The notes under the pieces: model-generated
Databases searched by the model: none
What the model was told of the DNA's origin: nothing
Seen by the model: only the letters and a program-made list of their open reading frames with translations
Translations under genes and position numbers: made by a program
DNA from: Oscillospiraceae bacterium
Lineage (GTDB): Bacteria > Bacillota > Clostridia > Oscillospirales > Acutalibacteraceae
NCBI GenBank assembly: GCA_022779945.1
Contig: JALEYA010000037.1
Coordinates: 1-38,530 of the forward strand
Direction: 5' to 3'
Length of the DNA: 38,530 nucleotides
Shown: one piece after another, positions 35,753-38,530 of the stretch
How positions within the stretch are numbered: the first letter of the stretch is position 1
Layout: every line of letters starts with the position of its first letter

Positions 35753-36262
35753 ATGCTTATACTTGGAATTGACCCGGGATACGCTATTGTCGGGTTCGGT
35801 GTACTGGAATATAACGCAGGAAGGTTTCGTGTTATTGATTACGGAGCCATAACCACCGATGCCGGTACACCGTTTAACAGACGGCTTGAAATCATCTATG
35901 ACGGGCTTTGTGAAATTATCGGAAAATATCGTCCGGATGCGATGTCGGTCGAAAAAGTGTTTTATAACAACAACGCCAAGACCGTTATTGACGTCAGTCA
36001 GGCAAGGGGTGTCATTATGCTTGCCGCCCAGAAAAACCGTGTTTCGGTATATGAATATACACCGCTTCAGGTCAAGCAAAGCGTTGTCGGCTACGGAAGA
36101 GCCGATAAAAAGCAGGTACAGGAAATGACGAGAAGAATTCTGAATCTTGAAAAAGTTCCGAAGCCCGACGATACGGCGGACGCAATCGCTATGGCGATCT
36201 GTCATGCGCACACCAGCGCTTCGTCGTCGATCGGCACACTAAGAATTAAAAAGGGGATTTAA
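35753..36262 (+). CDS. ruvC: Holliday-junction resolvase RuvC
   Basis: Motifs present are MLILGIDPGYAIVGFGV, VEKVFYNNNAKT, YTPLQVKQSVVGYGRADKKQV and DTADAIAMAICHA. The start at ATG 35753 lies 6 nt after AGGAAG. Confidence 0.93.
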   Translation: MLILGIDPGYAIVGFGVLEYNAGRFRVIDYGAITTDAGTPFNRRLEIIYDGLCEIIGKYRPDAMSVEKVFYNNNAKTVIDVSQARGVIMLAAQKNRVSVYEYTPLQVKQSVVGYGRADKKQVQEMTRRILNLEKVPKPDDTADAIAMAICHAHTSASSSIGTLRIKKGI

Positions 36263-36265
36263 GAA

Positions 36266-36874
36266 GTGTTTTACAGCTTAACCGGAAATGTGATTTTTAC
36301 CGATCTGAATTCCGTTGCACTCGAGTGCGGCGGCGTCGGCTTTCGGTGCCTGACGTCAACGAATACACTAAGAGACGTTGATGTTCACGAAAAAACAACC
36401 TTATATACGCACCTGAACGTTCGGGAAGATGCGCTTGATCTTTTCGGATTTTCGACCGAATATGAGCTGGAATGGTTTAAATTGCTGATCGGTGTAACGG
36501 GTGTCGGTCCGAAAGCGGCGCTTGCAATTCTCTCCGAACTTTCGCCCGATAAGCTTGCTCTTGCTGTATCGGCGGGGGACGTCAAAGCGATTACAAGAGC
36601 ACAGGGTGTCGGCCCGAAAATTGCCCAAAGAGTGATTCTTGAACTCAAGGACAAGGCAAAATCCGCACTGTCCTCGTTCGGGGAGGTTTCGTCGCAGGCA
36701 GATGATGTGGCGGAAGTTTTCGGCTCGTCCAATACAAGCGAGGCGGTTGCTGCTCTCACCATGCTCGGCTACAGTCAGTCGGAAGCGGCTCTTGCGGTCA
36801 GCAAGGTTGATGCAAGCCTTCCGACCGATCAGATCATCAAACAATGTTTAAAGCTTCTTTCAAGGCAGGTGTAA
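36266..36874 (+). CDS. ruvA: Holliday-junction DNA helicase subunit RuvA
   Basis: 202 aa. It begins MFYSLTGNV and has the helix-hairpin-helix blocks LIGVTGVGPKAALAIL and ITRAQGVGPKIAQRVILELK. GTG start. Confidence 0.93.
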   Translation: MFYSLTGNVIFTDLNSVALECGGVGFRCLTSTNTLRDVDVHEKTTLYTHLNVREDALDLFGFSTEYELEWFKLLIGVTGVGPKAALAILSELSPDKLALAVSAGDVKAITRAQGVGPKIAQRVILELKDKAKSALSSFGEVSSQADDVAEVFGSSNTSEAVAALTMLGYSQSEAALAVSKVDASLPTDQIIKQCLKLLSRQV

Positions 36875-36877
36875 CCA

Positions 36878-37909
36878 ATGGACGATTTTTCGAATCTTGA
36901 CGATAGATTTGTCAGTGCGGAATATACTCCCGTCGATAACGATATTGAGACTTCTCTTCGCCCGAGGGTGATGAGTGACTACATCGGTCAGGAAAAAGTC
37001 AAGGAAAACCTTGAAATCTATATCCAGGCGGCGGTCAGAAGAGGCGAAAGTCTTGACCATGTTCTTCTGTACGGACCTCCGGGTCTCGGAAAAACAACCC
37101 TTGCCGGTATTATTGCCAACGAAATGGGCGTAAACTTAAGAGTGACGTCGGGCCCTGCGATCGAAAAGCAGGGTGATCTTGCGGCTCTTTTAACCAACCT
37201 CGGCGAGGGCGATGTCCTTTTTATCGATGAGATTCATCGCTTGAATCGTAGTGTTGAAGAGGTTCTTTATCCGGCGATGGAAGATAATGCAATCGACATT
37301 ATCATCGGAAAAGGACCGTCCGCCCGTTCTATACGGCTTGATCTTCCGACGTTTACGCTTGTCGGTGCAACAACAAGAGCCGGTCAGCTTTCTGCGCCGC
37401 TTCGTGACCGGTTCGGAGTCATTTTACGGCTTGAGCTGTATACTCCCGAGGAGCTTTCGCAGATCGTAACCCGAAGCGCCGGTATTCTCGGAATCGGTAT
37501 TGACAAATACGGCGCACTTGAAATTGCCGCAAGATCGAGAGGAACACCGAGAATTGCCAACCGGCTTTTGAAGCGTGCAAGAGATTTCGCCGAAGTTGTC
37601 GGAGATGGTGTAATTACCGAACAGACAGCCAATCTTGCCCTCGAAAAAATGGAGATCGACCATCTGGGGCTTGACTCCATCGACAGAAGACTTCTTGAAA
37701 CCATGATCCGGAACTATAACGGCGGTCCCGTCGGTCTTGATACGATCGCTGCGGCAATCGGCGAAGAATCGGTTACGATTGAAGACGTATACGAGCCGTA
37801 TCTGATGCAGATCGGCTTTTTAAGCCGTACGCCGAGAGGAAGAACCGTGACGGCGGCTGCATATAATCATTTAGGGCTTACGGCTCCCGGGCAGCAAAGC
37901 CTGTTTTAA
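36878..37909 (+). CDS. ruvB: Holliday-junction DNA helicase RuvB
   Basis: Motifs present are [19 protein letters not shown], the Walker [12 protein letters not shown], the Walker [10 protein letters not shown], and [13 protein letters not shown]. Confidence 0.96.
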   Translation: MDDFSNLDDRFVSAEYTPVDNDIETSLRPRVMSDYIGQEKVKENLEIYIQAAVRRGESLDHVLLYGPPGLGKTTLAGIIANEMGVNLRVTSGPAIEKQGDLAALLTNLGEGDVLFIDEIHRLNRSVEEVLYPAMEDNAIDIIIGKGPSARSIRLDLPTFTLVGATTRAGQLSAPLRDRFGVILRLELYTPEELSQIVTRSAGILGIGIDKYGALEIAARSRGTPRIANRLLKRARDFAEVVGDGVITEQTANLALEKMEIDHLGLDSIDRRLLETMIRNYNGGPVGLDTIAAAIGEESVTIEDVYEPYLMQIGFLSRTPRGRTVTAAAYNHLGLTAPGQQSLF

Positions 37910-37950
37910 ATTTTTCGAAAGGCGGTATTTTTATACCGAACGGTGAACAT

Positions 37951-38530
37951 ATGGGCAGATTGTTTGGAACAGACGGCGCAAGAGGTGTCGCGAATTCCGA
38001 AATTTCGTGCGAGCTTGCCATGAATATCGGCAAAGCCGCGGCGATGGTTTTGACGGAAAACACCAATAGAAAACCAAAGGTTCTTATCGGAAAAGATACA
38101 AGAATTTCGGGCGATATGCTCGAATGTGCCATCAGCTGCGGACTTTGTTCCGTCGGCGCCGACGTCATGACGCTTGGAGTCGTTCCGACGCCGGCTGTGG
38201 CTTATCTTGTGAAAAAATACGGTTATGATGCGGCTGTCATGATCTCGGCTTCGCACAATCCGTGTGAATACAACGGAATCAAAATCTTTAAATCGGACGG
38301 ATATAAGCTGCCCGACGCCCTTGAAGAAGAGATTGAGGCGATCATTCTTGACGAGGTGGACACACCGCCGGTTATGCTCGGCGGAAACGTCGGTCGTGTC
38401 CGTGTATGCGAAAACACGGTCAAAGATTATATTGAACACCTGAAATTGACCGTTGACGTCCGCTTTGACAAGATGAAAATTGCGCTTGACTGTGCCAACG
38501 GTTCCGCTTCGGTCAGCGCGAAAGAGCTGT
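37951..38530 (+). CDS. glmM: Phosphoglucosamine mutase, N-terminal part (runs off the window)
   Basis: The product begins MGRLFGTDGARGVAN and includes GKDTRISG and the active-site block ISASHNPCEYNGIK. The ATG follows GGTGA. The frame is open to the window end. Confidence 0.9.
   Translation, partial: MGRLFGTDGARGVANSEISCELAMNIGKAAAMVLTENTNRKPKVLIGKDTRISGDMLECAISCGLCSVGADVMTLGVVPTPAVAYLVKKYGYDAAVMISASHNPCEYNGIKIFKSDGYKLPDALEEEIEAIILDEVDTPPVMLGGNVGRVRVCENTVKDYIEHLKLTVDVRFDKMKIALDCANGSASVSAKEL

Overview
This looks like chromosomal core DNA from a spore-forming Firmicute, probably Clostridia; the taxon is inferred from gene content only. I saw no CRISPR array, tRNA or rRNA gene, transposase or prophage signature.

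Gene content, left to right:
- The 5' tip of a minus-strand gene (Xpt-like N-terminus), then a roughly 590-nt gap with no credible ORF but strong RNA-like secondary structure.
- A DUF1292 gene.
- A 10.8-kb same-strand block. It holds a membrane-anchored Ser/Thr-kinase-like gene with a degenerate catalytic loop, a complete nine-gene V-type ATPase operon (G-like, I, K, E, C, F, A, B, D), and ylmH. The kinase-like gene and ylmH each overlap the neighbouring ATPase gene.
- A stand-alone membrane protein of unknown function.
- A minus-strand block: spoIIGA-sigE, then a GT8 glycosyltransferase and a TVP38 protein.
- A small divergent transcription unit encoding a 28-aa peptide.
- A minus-strand block: metallophosphoesterase, SMC-like ATPase (YhaO/YhaN, SbcCD-like), aldo/keto reductase with an Fe-S domain, and DUF1893.
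- Cell-envelope genes: a zinc-ribbon membrane protein, a cell-wall-binding-repeat transglutaminase-like protein, and an MBOAT / DHHW (AlgJ-like) / DUF348-G5 lipoprotein operon.
- Housekeeping genes: yceD-rpmF, a DUF512 radical-SAM-like protein, der, a YfhO-family protein, ruvCAB, and the start of glmM.

No recognisable defence or mobile system is present. The points most worth follow-up are:
- the pseudokinase-like gene coupled to a predicted Na+-type V-ATPase and ylmH;
- the structured non-coding gap at 48-636, which includes a 173-nt rod-like element;
- the tiny peptide/sRNA unit divergent from spoIIGA;
- the MBOAT-DHHW operon ending in a catalytic-domain-less G5 lipoprotein.
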